Origin: Azolla caroliniana
Taxonomy: Eukaryota > Plantae > Polypodiophyta
DNA: 64,000 nucleotides
Direction: 5' to 3'
Assembly: GCA_043228905.1 (NCBI GenBank)
Contig: JBHGNT010000003.1
Span: forward strand, 3,844,001 to 3,908,000
Numbering within the stretch: the stretch's first letter is position 1; every line of letters begins with the position of its first letter. A program made the translations under genes and the position numbers. The notes below the pieces were generated by a model, which saw only the letters and a program-made list of their open reading frames with translations, searched no databases and was not told the origin of the DNA. Positions 49,133 to 61,760 of the stretch are shown piece after piece.

Positions 49133-51071
49133 TGTTGTCTGCCTGGCCGGACTAGCCTCAACACAGGTGTCTATCTAACACTTCTCCAAAGGGGTGGTAA
49201 GGATTGGATGCTAGGTTACACGCGTAAGATGATTACAATTAAGCACAGACGGTAAACAATACGAGATATAGATAAACACGCAATAATTACTATTGTATTA
49301 CTTCCGTCAAACCCTTTACAAATCATCGGATCCTTTTATAAGCATCCGACAAGGTTACAATCGGTGCGCTTAGGCAACCGACATCCGAATCGGTCCGGAT
49401 CCGGATCGGTACAACTGTACCGGATCCGTCCCTCCGAATAATAATTCTACTATTATTTACTTCCTATTATCCGATTCGACTCCGCCTTCCCACTTGTCCT
49501 TGCTCTTCTGACCGGCCAACACATGGCACGGCCGTGGGAAAGTGCCTTGCACTTCGAATCCACTCCCGGCCTCATTCTTCCTCCAAAATATCGAGCACAC
49601 TCTGCTCGATGGTGTCAAGTGGTGCTTCTTCCTCCTGTTCCTGTTCCTTGCCTGCCTGGTCTCCGACCTCCGGTTGGGTGGGCTGTTCCGTAAAAATTTG
49701 CTACTCCGGCTCTGCTTGATTCCGTGGTGCTGGTGCTTCCTCACCGCTTCATCCGGGTTCTTCCTGTTCTCCCTCTGTTCCAGGCTCTGTTCTGTTACCA
49801 GTGTCGCTTTCTCCGGTCTCGACTGGTTGGCTCAGTACGCCTTCTTCCTCTGCTCTGGTGTCTTTCGGTCTCAACTCTTCTTCTTCTCCGGCATCGGGCT
49901 GCTCCTGCTCTTCTTCTTCTCCTTCGATCGGAAGTTCTTCTTCGGGTATTCCTTGTCGGGGTTGTTCGGTGTCGGTTGGTTCTTCTTCAGCCGGTCGCTC
50001 TCCCTCACTTATCGTGATTGGCGTCGTTCTTCCCTTAGCTTCCTGTCGTAACCGGTCCTGCTCGTATCTCTCCAACTCCAACTGAGTTGCGAGCTGCCCG
50101 TCATCCAACCTCTCTACCAACCCTCGGATTTCTTTGAGGTGTTCTTCTGCTAAAGTGTAGAAATCCTCCGACAATTCTTCCCGAATGGCGACGATACTTT
50201 CTTCATCCATCTTGTAGAACTTGTCACCGGTCTTCCTCCGATTCTCGGCATCCGCTCGGAGTGTCTGCAGCTCGGCTGCCTGTTGTGACCACTCCTTCCA
50301 TAGCTTTTCCGTACTTTCGTTGATGCTTGCCTGAGCTCGGGTACTCCATCCTGACATGATGAGCTTGATCTGGTCAACCCCTGCCTTAGCATGCGCATAA
50401 GCTTCCTGCTTTTCCTTCCTTGCCCGTTTTATAATGTCGGCCATTATCTGAGCCTGGGCCTCGTAATCCGCTTTCTGCTTTTCATAGGTACTTTGCAGTT
50501 TGCTGATCGTGAAGGTCGATTTTTCCTTTTCTTCATTCCTAATCTTGGTCAGATCCAGCTTTTCCCGCCTTAGCGCCTCTAATTCCTTCCTTCTCTCCGT
50601 CGCTTGGGCTATTTCCGCCGACAATACTTCCTTGTTGGCACTGACCTCATCCATTGCCTTAGCCAGGTCTAATCGGGTCTCTTTGAGCTGTTCTTTCAGC
50701 TTCTCTATTTGCCGGTCGTAGTCTGCTGCCCGTTTCTTGTTGTCTGACTCGGCCTGCTTGTGATCTCGGTAGAGATGGTCGAAGTCCTCCGTCTTCTGCT
50801 TCAGGCGTCGGTTTGCCTGAGCTCTTAACTGATCGTCCCGGTCCTTCTGTTGTCGGAGTTCTTCCTGCAGTCGTTCTATCTCCTGCTCGGCATGTCGACG
50901 TAGTCGGTCCTTCTCCTTTTGTAGCTTCTCTTTTTCTTCTTGCAGTCGGTCATTAGCGGCTCGACCTTTCCGGAGGCCTTCTTCCATTTTTCGTCTGTCG
51001 TCCTCCACCGCTTTCCGCTGCTCCCTTTCTCTTTCCCTTAATGCCTCCTAAGCTTTTAACTCCTCTCGTAT
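49133..51071. mobile_element. Truncated LTR retroelement (probably Ty3/Gypsy Tat/Retand-like): LTR 49133-49521 plus internal region with a coiled-coil ORF
   Basis: TGTTG (49133)..CAACA (49521) termini, followed by CA-TGGCACGGCCGTGGG (tRNA-Arg-like PBS). GC-rich internal sequence cut at 51071 by the segmental-duplication breakpoint. Confidence 0.55.
49749..51008 (-). CDS. Retroelement-associated coiled-coil protein fragment with acidic tail (no true start codon; 5'-truncated)
   Basis: 419 codons open, E/K/R/Q-rich heptads then an E/G/P-rich tail. The same frame continues upstream (IREELKA*EALRERERE) to the breakpoint at 51071. Confidence 0.5.
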   Translation of the reverse strand: MEDDRRKMEEGLRKGRAANDRLQEEKEKLQKEKDRLRRHAEQEIERLQEELRQQKDRDDQLRAQANRRLKQKTEDFDHLYRDHKQAESDNKKRAADYDRQIEKLKEQLKETRLDLAKAMDEVSANKEVLSAEIAQATERRKELEALRREKLDLTKIRNEEKEKSTFTISKLQSTYEKQKADYEAQAQIMADIIKRARKEKQEAYAHAKAGVDQIKLIMSGWSTRAQASINESTEKLWKEWSQQAAELQTLRADAENRRKTGDKFYKMDEESIVAIREELSEDFYTLAEEHLKEIRGLVERLDDGQLATQLELERYEQDRLRQEAKGRTTPITISEGERPAEEEPTDTEQPRQGIPEEELPIEGEEEEQEQPDAGEEEELRPKDTRAEEEGVLSQPVETGESDTGNRTEPGTEGEQEEPG

Positions 51072-53139
51072 AGTCTAGCAGCTATAGTCAAAACATGAAA
51101 TAGACCATTAATATATGGTAGAGCTTTTTCTAAACACTCTGAATGAGACTTTGACAAAGAGGTGAGGGTGATACCAGGTTGGTTTTCCACAGGGTGTGGC
51201 AATTTTTTATCCTCACAATATAATTGGATTCTCACAAAATTTTCTCCCAAAAGTTGAGGCACCAATCTCAAAAGCTCCTCAACCATTGATTTCCTATAGT
51301 TAATTGTAAGGAGGGCAACACGAGGGAGTTGCTTCTCGGCCTCATTCTCTAGTGAAATTTTCAATAGCTTATTTATAGAGTTCCCAATCTTGCCAATAAC
51401 ATTATTCCTCATATCTTGAAGTTCGTTATGCATTTCACCTAGCTCCTTGATCATTTGATCCATCTTATCGTGTAACTTGAGGACTTCATTGTGAGTTGCA
51501 TCCATTTTATGATGTAAACTTAAAAGTAACTTTACCATAACCTTACTAGATTGTACCTCTCTTGCCTCTTCTAAACTTAATTGATCTTCTTGAATGTGGC
51601 CATTTTCCAAGCCAGTTGTAATCACATTTTCTTGACTTCGATATTTCCTAGATTCATCGATAATTTCATCATTCTCAAACAATGCAGCCCTCACCTCCAC
51701 CTCAAACCATTCCTTATATGATTTGAGAACCTCCCCATAATACTATGACCCCATGAGATCAATTAAATTATTTGATAGAGGATTCGGCATAGCTGTAGTC
51801 CGTTTCCAATCATATGATTCTTTCTCGCCTTGCTCAAGCTTTTTTCTTAGTTGTTTCTTCAAGTAAGTTAATTTCACACATTGATGTTCTCTACCTTGCA
51901 CCATTGATGGATAGAGTAAGCAATCAGGACGGAGGACGCTCTCAATCAACGTAACCCCTTGGACACCAGAGGGTTGTGCACATATTGTAGTCAAGTTGTT
52001 GATGATACAATTTTCCACAAAAGCTAAAGTACTTAGCATGTCTTGCTGAATATTATTTTGAGCCCGAACTAGCACATCTATCACATGGTTTGATTTTGCT
52101 TGGCAGAATATGATGATGATCTCGCTCTTTGGAAAGCAAATGGATATGAAATTTTTACCAAGTGTGGTGGAAGCATTATCATCCTTAGATTGGAAAGCAT
52201 TGCTAAATAATGCTTGAATTCTTGGAAACAAGCCTGGTGTAAGAAATGTGAGGTTTTTGTACCGACACTCTAACCTTCTGCCCATATACACAAACGTAAC
52301 ATTATCATTGATTTGAGTCCATTGGAGTTGTTCTACATCCACCTCTGGCAATATGGTTGGGATAAAGATGAGCTCTGCATATCTTTTGGGGACTTTGCAG
52401 CATAGGTGCATGGCTTCCATTAAGTCTACCAGTAATGAGCCCTTCACATTACATTTGGCAATGGATTGCATTTAATTTAGCTTTGTCATCATTATTGCAG
52501 ATTTTGCTGAAATCCTCCCATGTAATGACACATAGAAAAGGTGGAGGGATGTGAGGGAGGTGAAGTCGCATAACACCTCTAGGCACTCATCGCCAATTTC
52601 CATCATCTGAAGGGAGAGATGTTTGAGGCGTTTGTTATTTCTTGAGGGTATTCAGAAGACCAGGAGCATCCCTGAATTTAATTCCATCGACGAGGAGGCT
52701 GCTGGGGCCCGCATGACGATCTGCAGCGAGAGAGAGAGAGCCTCCACCAAAACCCTCTCTTCCTCTTCTGTGAGATTCCTTACGTTAATGAGATGGACCG
52801 CTCCGCCGGTGAGATTGGCGGCAGCCGTGAGGATGGCCATCCGTTGTTGTTTAGTAATGGTGGCATCTCTGAAATCGAACATCATGTCTCTGCTCCCCCA
52901 TTCCCAAGCTCCACGTTCTAACTGTTCTTCGTCACGACCATATGACGGATAACATATAGACCCTTCATTGACTATGAAAAGGTTCTCAACATTGTTGACT
53001 AGGAAGAGCTTCTTAATTAGCAGATCATCAGAATCAGCAGAGCTGCTCTCGATTTCTCGACTGCTTCTCTGACCTCATCAGAATTCCAGTTCGTTACATT
53101 GTATTGATGAGGGGGTGGGAGGAGGTGAGGCTTCTCCAT
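51072..53139 (-). pseudogene. TORNADO1-like Roco gene, copy A' (duplicate of A with 1255-bp and 194-bp internal deletions, 3' end lost)
   Basis: Carries the same lesions as A. Junctions at ~52465 (GATT microhomology) and ~52528 remove the late LRRs, the intron, nearly all of Roc and part of COR. The C-terminus is fused to retroelement sequence (..AARL-YERS*). Confidence 0.92.
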
Positions 53140-53614
53140 GGAAATGAGGAATGTATGGAGGGAATGAATGAAAAAGAAAGAAAGAGTTTGACAATGAGTG
53201 AAGAAGAGAAAGAAGGGAATGAATGTGAAGGAAACTTAAGGATGAGACTCTTAAGTTTAAGGATGTTAAGTGAATATGTATGTCATGTGCTAATAAATGA
53301 AAGTGCTAACTGATTATATTGTTATATTGTTATATTGATTTGAAGTTACAACATTGTGGCCTAGGAAGAGGACGTGACGTACTCTCTAAACCCTGAACCG
53401 CATGCATTAGATAATGTGTATGCTCATAACAGAAGCTTATCGCATTAAATGCTTTGTGAGAGGAAAACATGAATTATTCCCTAAACTTTGAAACGTTGCT
53501 AATAGCCATCTACGTATTCATGCTCATAAGACAACCTCATTCTATGATTGGCTTCCATATAAGTGCCATGCACTTGAGATAGAGTTTAAAATCCCATCAA
53601 ATAAAGCATATATG

Positions 53615-53661
53615 ATATACATATACATATATGTACATACATACATACATACATACATGCA

Positions 53662-53697
<36 letters not shown>
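53615..53697. repeat. (TACA)n/(TA)n microsatellite (duplicate)
   Basis: Directly visible. Confidence 0.9.
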
Positions 53698-53699
<2 letters not shown>

Positions 53700-56600
53700 A
53701 GTAAGAGCACGTGTGTTGTAACTTGGTTAAACTTTGATCCTTCAAACGTAAGGACACAACGTAAGGACACTTCGATGATTGTCATCTAAATCAATTTAAA
53801 TAGAAAAGATTGAATATACACTAGGATAATTAAGTATGACGTTGGCCTAAGCAAAAGGTTTGAATTGAATGGGTTTAAGTTTTCGATGCTTATGCGGCAT
53901 GCCCTGTATGAGATGAATAAAGCTAGATTTGACCACTAAACAAGGAACCTAATGATGAATTTTGACGAAGCACATTCCACCATGGGTTGTGGAGCAACTA
54001 TATTGATTTGGATCGATATCGACGTGATGTCATAATTATTCAATGTCATGATCTTGGTCTAGGTCATGTGGTTTTTGAGCGTTATAGTTCAACATTGGGT
54101 CTATGCAAGCTCCCTAATGTTTCCACTTCAGTTACAATATTGGAGTGATGAAAAAGTCAAAGAATGGGGAGTGCATTGGGCAATTTGCGAAAAGAAAGAT
54201 ATAAATATATCAATACCATTATTAATAATAAGTTGAATGGTCACCAAAACTATTGACTTATTACTTTGGAATTTCCCATCCTAATATATTAAAAATACCT
54301 CCATTATATGTATGTCAAGATCTACCTAGATGTCCTAGATATCAAGGTTTCTTTCTTACAAGAGGGGTAAATTGTAATTCATATTCATGAAGAGGAACTT
54401 TAGATATAAGGACTTCAACATTCATCTAGAGACTAGTACCATTATATGGCTCAACATCCATCAAGGTGGTCATACATACATAGTATCATTATATGTTAGA
54501 ATTCAAGTTTGTCACCTTCTGCATCTTACAATTGTTAGGGATCATAATCAAAATAGACTCATCATAACTAGTCGAAGATGGTCTCATTAAGCTTCACTAG
54601 TTTAATGTGGCACTTGCACATGTTCAAAAGGGTGTGCGAGCACTTAGATCGCTAATGTCTATTTAGTGTCATGATCTCTATAACAGATATAAATATATTT
54701 AGAGATGTGCCCAAAACAAATGAATCAGGACATGGATTATTATAGCAAAAGAAAATGAGATGTTGGCTATGATGTGAGATTGAGAGTTTGAGTAGAACTG
54801 CTATCGATTTCTCATACTCTTCGTTCTGATCTCATCACATTCCCACTTTATGAAGATGATGCGGTGACATGGAAGGAAAGGATGAATGAATTAAAAGAAA
54901 ATGTTAATGTGAAATTGTATTGCCAATCTCTCAAATGAGACATTGGCTGGTTGGCGTAATCAAATACAAAGGGTAAGATTTCAGCACACAGAGAATACCT
55001 GTGTAATCTGTGCAATACATGAGCACTCTTGTTCGGGAGAAGGCCAAGGCTAAGGAACAACTATAGATAGTCCAAGAATAGCTTTATATCTCATAAGGAA
55101 CATTTCTCCATAGTTCGGTCTCCGGTTAGGTACTAGCTACGTAAATCTAGATTTACTTTTCCCATGACTTTACAATATATGTATTGCCTGAGATACTGTC
55201 ATTCATTGGCCATGGAATATTGTATCCCAGGATCTTACAATATATTCATAACCTGAGATACTATCATTTGTCAGCCACGGAATACCATTGGTGTATCTAC
55301 TTCAGGGTCATCAAAACCTTGCACACCATTGCTTGGAAATATCAAGCTAGCACGAGAATCCACCATAAACATCATTTCTTTTCCATTCACCTTTGCTAGG
55401 GCATGCAGTACATTGTCAAATAGGAATATCAGACACATGCTTCAACATTAAAAACATCAATGAAATCATGAACATTGAATCAATCAAACTTGGACAAAAC
55501 CAGACATTTTAGCTTCGTCACCACTGCCATTGGTTTATGTTTGGTGTGGTCATATATCGAAAATGTATGGTCTTTCAGATGAGGTGGCCATTGAAAAAAT
55601 TTAAACGACATAATCCATCCAAATCCTTCAATAGATTGGCAATGTTAATCTTTCATAAATTTTCAAATATTGAGGCTAACTAAATCTGTTGTTTCCATAT
55701 GGCTTACAGAAGTTCAAGAATGCCTAACCCTGAACCCAGTCTTATATAGAAATCAAGAATCCCTAAACCTTGTTTTACAGAAGTTCAAGAATGCCTAAAC
55801 CATGTGTACAACCATGTGTACAACGGGATTGAAATCCTTATTTTCTACTAGATTCATGAAATCCCTAATGCATGTGTTTTTTTAAATGAACACCCTCAAC
55901 ACATGGTCCTTTCTGTGAAGGACGCGTAAATAAGCCAAAGCCTGTTTTCTACAAGCCACACATGAAATCCATGTTTTCCATAGCATCAATGATTACAAAT
56001 GAAAACATAAATCAAGAAAAAGCATCCCAATTAGTTTTCATAGTATTCGTGAATTTAGCAAACACTTGACCCAAAATTGTTTTTATGGTATTCAACAGTA
56101 CCCTAAACCTTAATTCCTACCAGATTAACGATTGACATAAAAAATAATGTGAGACTCAAAAATCACTTTGGGAAGTTGACTATGTGTGTCTTAATTGAAG
56201 TTGTTTCTATGTCATCACTTAGACTTATTTCGCTATTGTAAAGACAAGATGGGAATATATGATTTGTGAATAGTCCATTGCCTAGGCATTGATATATAAC
56301 AACACTTCCTTTTCACAAATGAAGCCTTCTTAGCAAATGGTGGTCATTACAATCTTTTCGATTCAGATGTTCTGGATCTTTTTAACACAACCCTTCTAGT
56401 TGGTGAATTTATATATATTTGAATGGACAAGAATATGACAACGAGCACATGCATTGATTTATTTGATCCTGTTTAGCCTGCATACTGCAAGTGGTCTTTG
56501 TTTATAGGTTGGACTCATATATTGTGCAAGATGATGCAAAATCTCTGTTGGTTTATATAGTAGAAGAATTTTACGATAAGTTGAATGATCATAACTCGAA

Positions 56601-58793
56601 ATGTGTTTAAAAAGAGCTCCTAAGAGACCTTATGCCAATAGGGAGAAACTATAAGCTAAATGACTTTGGAAGGTTTTGCCTTAGTTTCACTACGGATTTG
56701 TTCCCCACAAATGTCAACTATTTGAAGTTTGAATGCCTTGAATGCCCTTAATCTCACTCAACGACTTGACAATTTGCATGACCACTATTATGATGGAGTT
56801 TAGGGTTGACCTCTCCTAGTTAGAAGAAACAACATTTATTTTTCCCCCATTCCCTTGATCTGGTTGAAGATTATGAGGAAGTTCACACGGCAACATCCTC
56901 TATGGTTTGTTGAAGTAACTATGTTTTCTGCATTCCTTTCTCTTCTTGATATGTTCATTACTGTTTTTCACTATTTAAGAATTTAGAGTTATGTCCATAA
57001 CATCTAATTCAATGGTCAAAGTCAATGCATTCTACAACGTAAAAATGAAGAACCGATATAAATGATATAAAAACTTGTTAGGGATGTAATATATCACATT
57101 AGGGATGAGATTTAAGAATTTGATGCAATGTAACTTATGCAAGAATATGTAAGAATATGACGAGATGTAAGAATTAGCTTTTAATTATTTAAAATGTAGG
57201 AATAAATCCAATGGATTTATAAATCTTTAAGATGCATGAGCTGTAATATACTCAACCAAACCAATTCTTGCATGAATTTCTCTCACAATCATAGTCTGTG
57301 GTCTCAATTGTTACATTTCTTAGTAAAGCTCTTGAACATTATGAGTTACTACTCACTTTCATATGTATTACACGATGTCACTTTTTCTTTATGGGTGTCC
57401 TAGTTCAAGGTAACTTCCAAAAACGATAATAAAATACATCATCTTTCTCTCACTCACTTATAAAGAGATTCGTGTTCAGAGCTTCAATCCAAGGTTTCAC
57501 TAATGTTCTAGTATGTGATTCTTAACTCTGGTGTTTATCACTAAACTTAATTTTTAGAACATTCTAAGCGATTCCTTGGATTGAAGATACTGGATACGGA
57601 GTGGTATGGCTATTCATTTCTCAATGCACAAAGTTTTAGATTTTTTGTGACGTCCAAGTGAATGTGTTCCACGACACAACTATGTCCCCAACATTTTTGC
57701 AGCACAAATGTCTGTCCTAAGTTTTGGCATAATATGTCTACATCTTTAACGAGTTATGTACACTTCTCAACATGCGTAAATTGTCCCTGGTTAGTTCTTT
57801 ATTAACAAATATTATCAAAGGATCAATGTACCAGATATTTCTTTGTTAATGTATAGTTGATTTATTTGGCTTTTGTTTAGCTAAATTTGGTCTTTCCAAT
57901 TTAGAACATTTCTTATCTTTTGTGAGTCTAACACCTTTTTGCTAGGTTTTAGCCAAACTTCCTTTGTAAACTGTGCATGTTATTCACAACTTGTAAGGAT
58001 ATCAGCACAATTGAGTCTTAGCATATGCTATTCAACATAGCTAAATCAATGAGTAAGCTTTCTCACTCTCTGCCATTTTAGCCTCTTTAAATGTCACATT
58101 AATGTAGCTTTCTTTCTAATGCAAGTTAATATTTCAACATTTGTTTTATTGTGGCCTTCCTTTCTTGTACTAAAGAAGTGTTTTTTGGTCCACTGCCGTT
58201 TTTCTGTTGATTTGAGTTTGTTTATTGATCAGCTTCTATTTTCCAAATTGTTGTGAGGATATATTTATCAAAACATGAGTTTTCACTCTTTTTGGGTCTT
58301 CATAGTTCATCTTACCCTCAATAGAGGTATAGACACGTAAGAGTGTAACACGCGTCACGTTTCACCAAGCTTCACCAAGCTTCTCCAAGCTTCACCAAGC
58401 TTCACTATGCTTCTCTATGCTTCACTATGCTTCACACTCCTCATCCTTTTGTTCTCACCTCTTCCCATATATATATATATCTCCTTTCCACCCTCTCTTC
58501 TCTTTGTCTCTCTCAAAAACAAAAACGGTCGTTTTGTTTTGTTTTCCTCTTTACTATTATTATTATTATTTTTCTTTTCTTTCTTTACTCACTAAAAAAC
58601 GTAACTTACATTTACCCTTTTAAAGAAATAAAGTAAGGGTAATAATTACTAAAGAAACAAAACTTTCGTTTTGTTTTATATTACTATCTAATAATAATAA
58701 TAAATATTATTAAAAAAAAGAAAAGACAAAATAGTGACCGGATACATTAACAATCCCCCCCTCCGGTCACATAAGGAGAGAATTGCTTGTTTA

Positions 58794-60329
58794 TCAATTT
58801 ATCTCCATTCCGGCAAGCTTGGCACATAGCTCAAGCTTCTCCCTTGGAACCACCTTTGTTAGCATGTCAACAACGTTGTCATCAGTATGAACTTTATCTA
58901 GTTGCAACATTTGCTCCTCGATCGCCAATCGTAACCAATGATACCTTACATCGATGTGTTTTGTCCGTGAGTGATACATTGAGTTCTTGCTTAGGTCCAT
59001 TGCACTTTGACTGTCACAAAAAACCACATAAGTTAATTGGCTCAAACCCAATTCTAAAAGAAACCTTTTCATCCAAAGCATTTCTTTGCCAGCCTCAGTT
59101 GCTGCAATGTATTCAGCTTCTGTAGTGGACAAGGCAACACACTTTTGCAATTTGGATTGCCATGATATAGCTCCCCCTGCAAAAGTAAATAAGAAACCGG
59201 ATGTAGATTTCCTACCATCAAGATCTCTAGCCATGTCCGCATCTGTAAAGCCTTCAAGAATTGGTTTAGAACCTCCAAAACAAATGCACAACTTAGATGT
59301 ACCTCTCAAATACCGTAAAATCCATTTTACGACATTCCAATGAGATTTACCAGGGTTAGAGAGATACCTACTCACTGTACCAACTACATGTGCAATATCT
59401 GGTCGTGTGCTAACCATAGCATACATTAAAGATCCAACCGCCGAGGCATAGGGAATCGATGACATCTCATCTCTTTCCTCCTCGGTAATTGGACAACATT
59501 TCCTACTCAATTTAAAGTGAGTGGCAAGAGGAGTACTTACTGGTTTCGAATATTGCATGTTGAACCTTTCGAGGATTCTTTCTATGTACGTTTCTTGTGA
59601 AAGCCACAATTTCTTTGATTCTCTATCACGAGTTATTTGCATACCTAAAATGTGCTTAGAAGGCCCTAAATCTTTCATGTCAAAAGTTTTAGATAACTCC
59701 ACTTTTAACCTATTAATCATATTTAGGTCTTGCCCAACAATTAGCATATCATCAACATACAAAAGAAGTATAATAAAATTACCATCCTCAAATTGTTTAA
59801 CATACACACAATGGTCTGCATTAGTTCTTTTATAACCTTGATTCACCATAAAAGAATCAAACTTTTTATACCATTGGCGCGGTGCTTGTTTTAGGCCATA
59901 GAGACTCTTTTTCAACCTACATACCAAATGTTCTTTCCCTTTCTCTTTAAAACCCTCCGGTTGTTCCATGTATATTTCCTCATCTAGGTCACCATGTAAA
60001 AAAGCAGTTTTCACATCTAATTGTTCAAGTTCAAGGTTTAAACTAGCTACCAAACCTAACACAACTCGTATCGAGCTTAATTTCACAATTGGTGAGAAAA
60101 TTTCGTCAAAATCAATTCCTTTCTTTTGACCATATCCTTTTACCACCAAACGAGCTTTATATTTTATAAAGTTATCATCACCCCTTTTTAACTTAAACAC
60201 CCATTTATTTTTCAAAGCTCTCCTACCCTTAGGAAGTTCAACTAGCTCAAATGTGTTGTTCTTTTTCAAAGAATTAATTTCTTCATGCATGGCCTCTACC
60301 CAACTATCTTTGTCTTTAAGAGTTTGCAC
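58794..60329 (-). CDS. Copia reverse transcriptase-RNase H ORF (duplicate)
   Basis: Same translation as 25874-27409. Confidence 0.85.
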   Translation of the reverse strand: MQTLKDKDSWVEAMHEEINSLKKNNTFELVELPKGRRALKNKWVFKLKRGDDNFIKYKARLVVKGYGQKKGIDFDEIFSPIVKLSSIRVVLGLVASLNLELEQLDVKTAFLHGDLDEEIYMEQPEGFKEKGKEHLVCRLKKSLYGLKQAPRQWYKKFDSFMVNQGYKRTNADHCVYVKQFEDGNFIILLLYVDDMLIVGQDLNMINRLKVELSKTFDMKDLGPSKHILGMQITRDRESKKLWLSQETYIERILERFNMQYSKPVSTPLATHFKLSRKCCPITEEERDEMSSIPYASAVGSLMYAMVSTRPDIAHVVGTVSRYLSNPGKSHWNVVKWILRYLRGTSKLCICFGGSKPILEGFTDADMARDLDGRKSTSGFLFTFAGGAISWQSKLQKCVALSTTEAEYIAATEAGKEMLWMKRFLLELGLSQLTYVVFCDSQSAMDLSKNSMYHSRTKHIDVRYHWLRLAIEEQMLQLDKVHTDDNVVDMLTKVVPREKLELCAKLAGMEIN

Positions 60330-60404
60330 ATCATGAAAACTTTCTGGTTCACCTTCATTAGTGAGTAGAACATATTCAGAACTAGGATACCTCGTGGATG
60401 ATCG

Positions 60405-61760
60405 TCATTCTCTTGTAGATCTCCTTAAAGGTTGATTTGCCACCTCTTGTAATGGAAGTTGCTCCCCCCGCTCAAGACCTGTCTCTGGCAAAACAACATC
60501 ATTACTAGCATCACCTACAATCAACGGCTCACCAACATCCTCATGTTGCTCCTCTTGTTGTGAGGCACTCTCTTGTGTATCATCATCCATCATAGGAATT
60601 GGATCAATATCTACTAGGTCACCATCTAAAGAGGTACTTGACCTTTCCGCCTTGTCAATGTCCTCAACGGTTTGGTCTTCGATGAACACTACATCACGAC
60701 TCCTAATGAGCTTCTTTCCCATAGGATTGTAACACCTATAACCACAATCATCTTGACCATATCCAATAAAAATGCATTGTTTAGATTTAGCATCTAACTT
60801 CGATCTTTCATCCTTGGGTATATGTACAAAACACTTACACCCAAACACACGTAAGTAATCATAAGATACATCTTTACCATACCACACTCTATTCGGTACA
60901 TCACCTTGCAATGCGGTAGTAGGAGATAGATTAATGATATGTGCAACAATATTCAAAGCCTCACCCCAAAATGATTTAGGTAACCTTGCATCTGAGAGTA
61001 AGCACCTAACTCTTTCAACTAGGGTTCTATTCATTCTTTCGACCAAACCATTTAATTGGGGAGTCTTAGGAGGGGTTCTTTGATGTTTGCTAACTTGCTC
61101 TCGACAATACGCATCAAAAGATCCACAGTATTCGCCACCATTATCGCTACAAATACATTTCAGTTTCTTCCCTGTCTCTCTCTCAATAGAAACATGAAAC
61201 TCTTTAAAAACATCAAAAACTTGATCTTTTGATTTCAACATTCGAACCCAAAGCTTCCTAGAATGATCAGATTCAATGAAAATAACAAAATAAAGTGATC
61301 CACCCATTGACCTTACCTTCAAGGGTCCACACACATCAGAATGCACTAGCTCGAGTATACCTTTTTGTCGAAGAGAAGAATGCTTAAAGGAAACCCTCTT
61401 AGCCTTCCCTGCCAAACAATGATCACATGTATCTAACTTCACATCTTTTAAACCTGGTAGGACGTTCTTTTTTGCTAGAAAGTCAAGTCCCTTTTCACTA
61501 ATATGGGACAATCTCTTATGCCACAATTTTGAAACATCTTGATTTTCAACTGCATTGACAAAGTTAGTAGAGACAGAAGCTTGCAAAAGATATAAACCAT
61601 TGTGACAACATTTATTTGCTTTCGCAATAATCAAAGAACCCTTACAAATTTTCCACTTACCATTTTGAGACGAATGGTTATAGCCCTCGTCGTCTAATGT
61701 ACCTGTGGAGATTAGATCCAATCTAATATCGGGCACGTGTCGTACTTGATGTAGAATCAA
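60405..61760 (-). CDS. Copia integrase ORF (duplicate)
   Basis: Near-identical to 27485-28837. Confidence 0.85.
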   Translation of the reverse strand: MILHQVRHVPDIRLDLISTGTLDDEGYNHSSQNGKWKICKGSLIIAKANKCCHNGLYLLQASVSTNFVNAVENQDVSKLWHKRLSHISEKGLDFLAKKNVLPGLKDVKLDTCDHCLAGKAKRVSFKHSSLRQKGILELVHSDVCGPLKVRSMGGSLYFVIFIESDHSRKLWVRMLKSKDQVFDVFKEFHVSIERETGKKLKCICSDNGGEYCGSFDAYCREQVSKHQRTPPKTPQLNGLVERMNRTLVERVRCLLSDARLPKSFWGEALNIVAHIINLSPTTALQGDVPNRVWYGKDVSYDYLRVFGCKCFVHIPKDERSKLDAKSKQCIFIGYGQDDCGYRCYNPMGKKLIRSRDVVFIEDQTVEDIDKAERSSTSLDGDLVDIDPIPMMDDDTQESASQQEEQHEDVGEPLIVGDASNDVVLPETGLERGEQLPLQEVANQPLRRSTRE

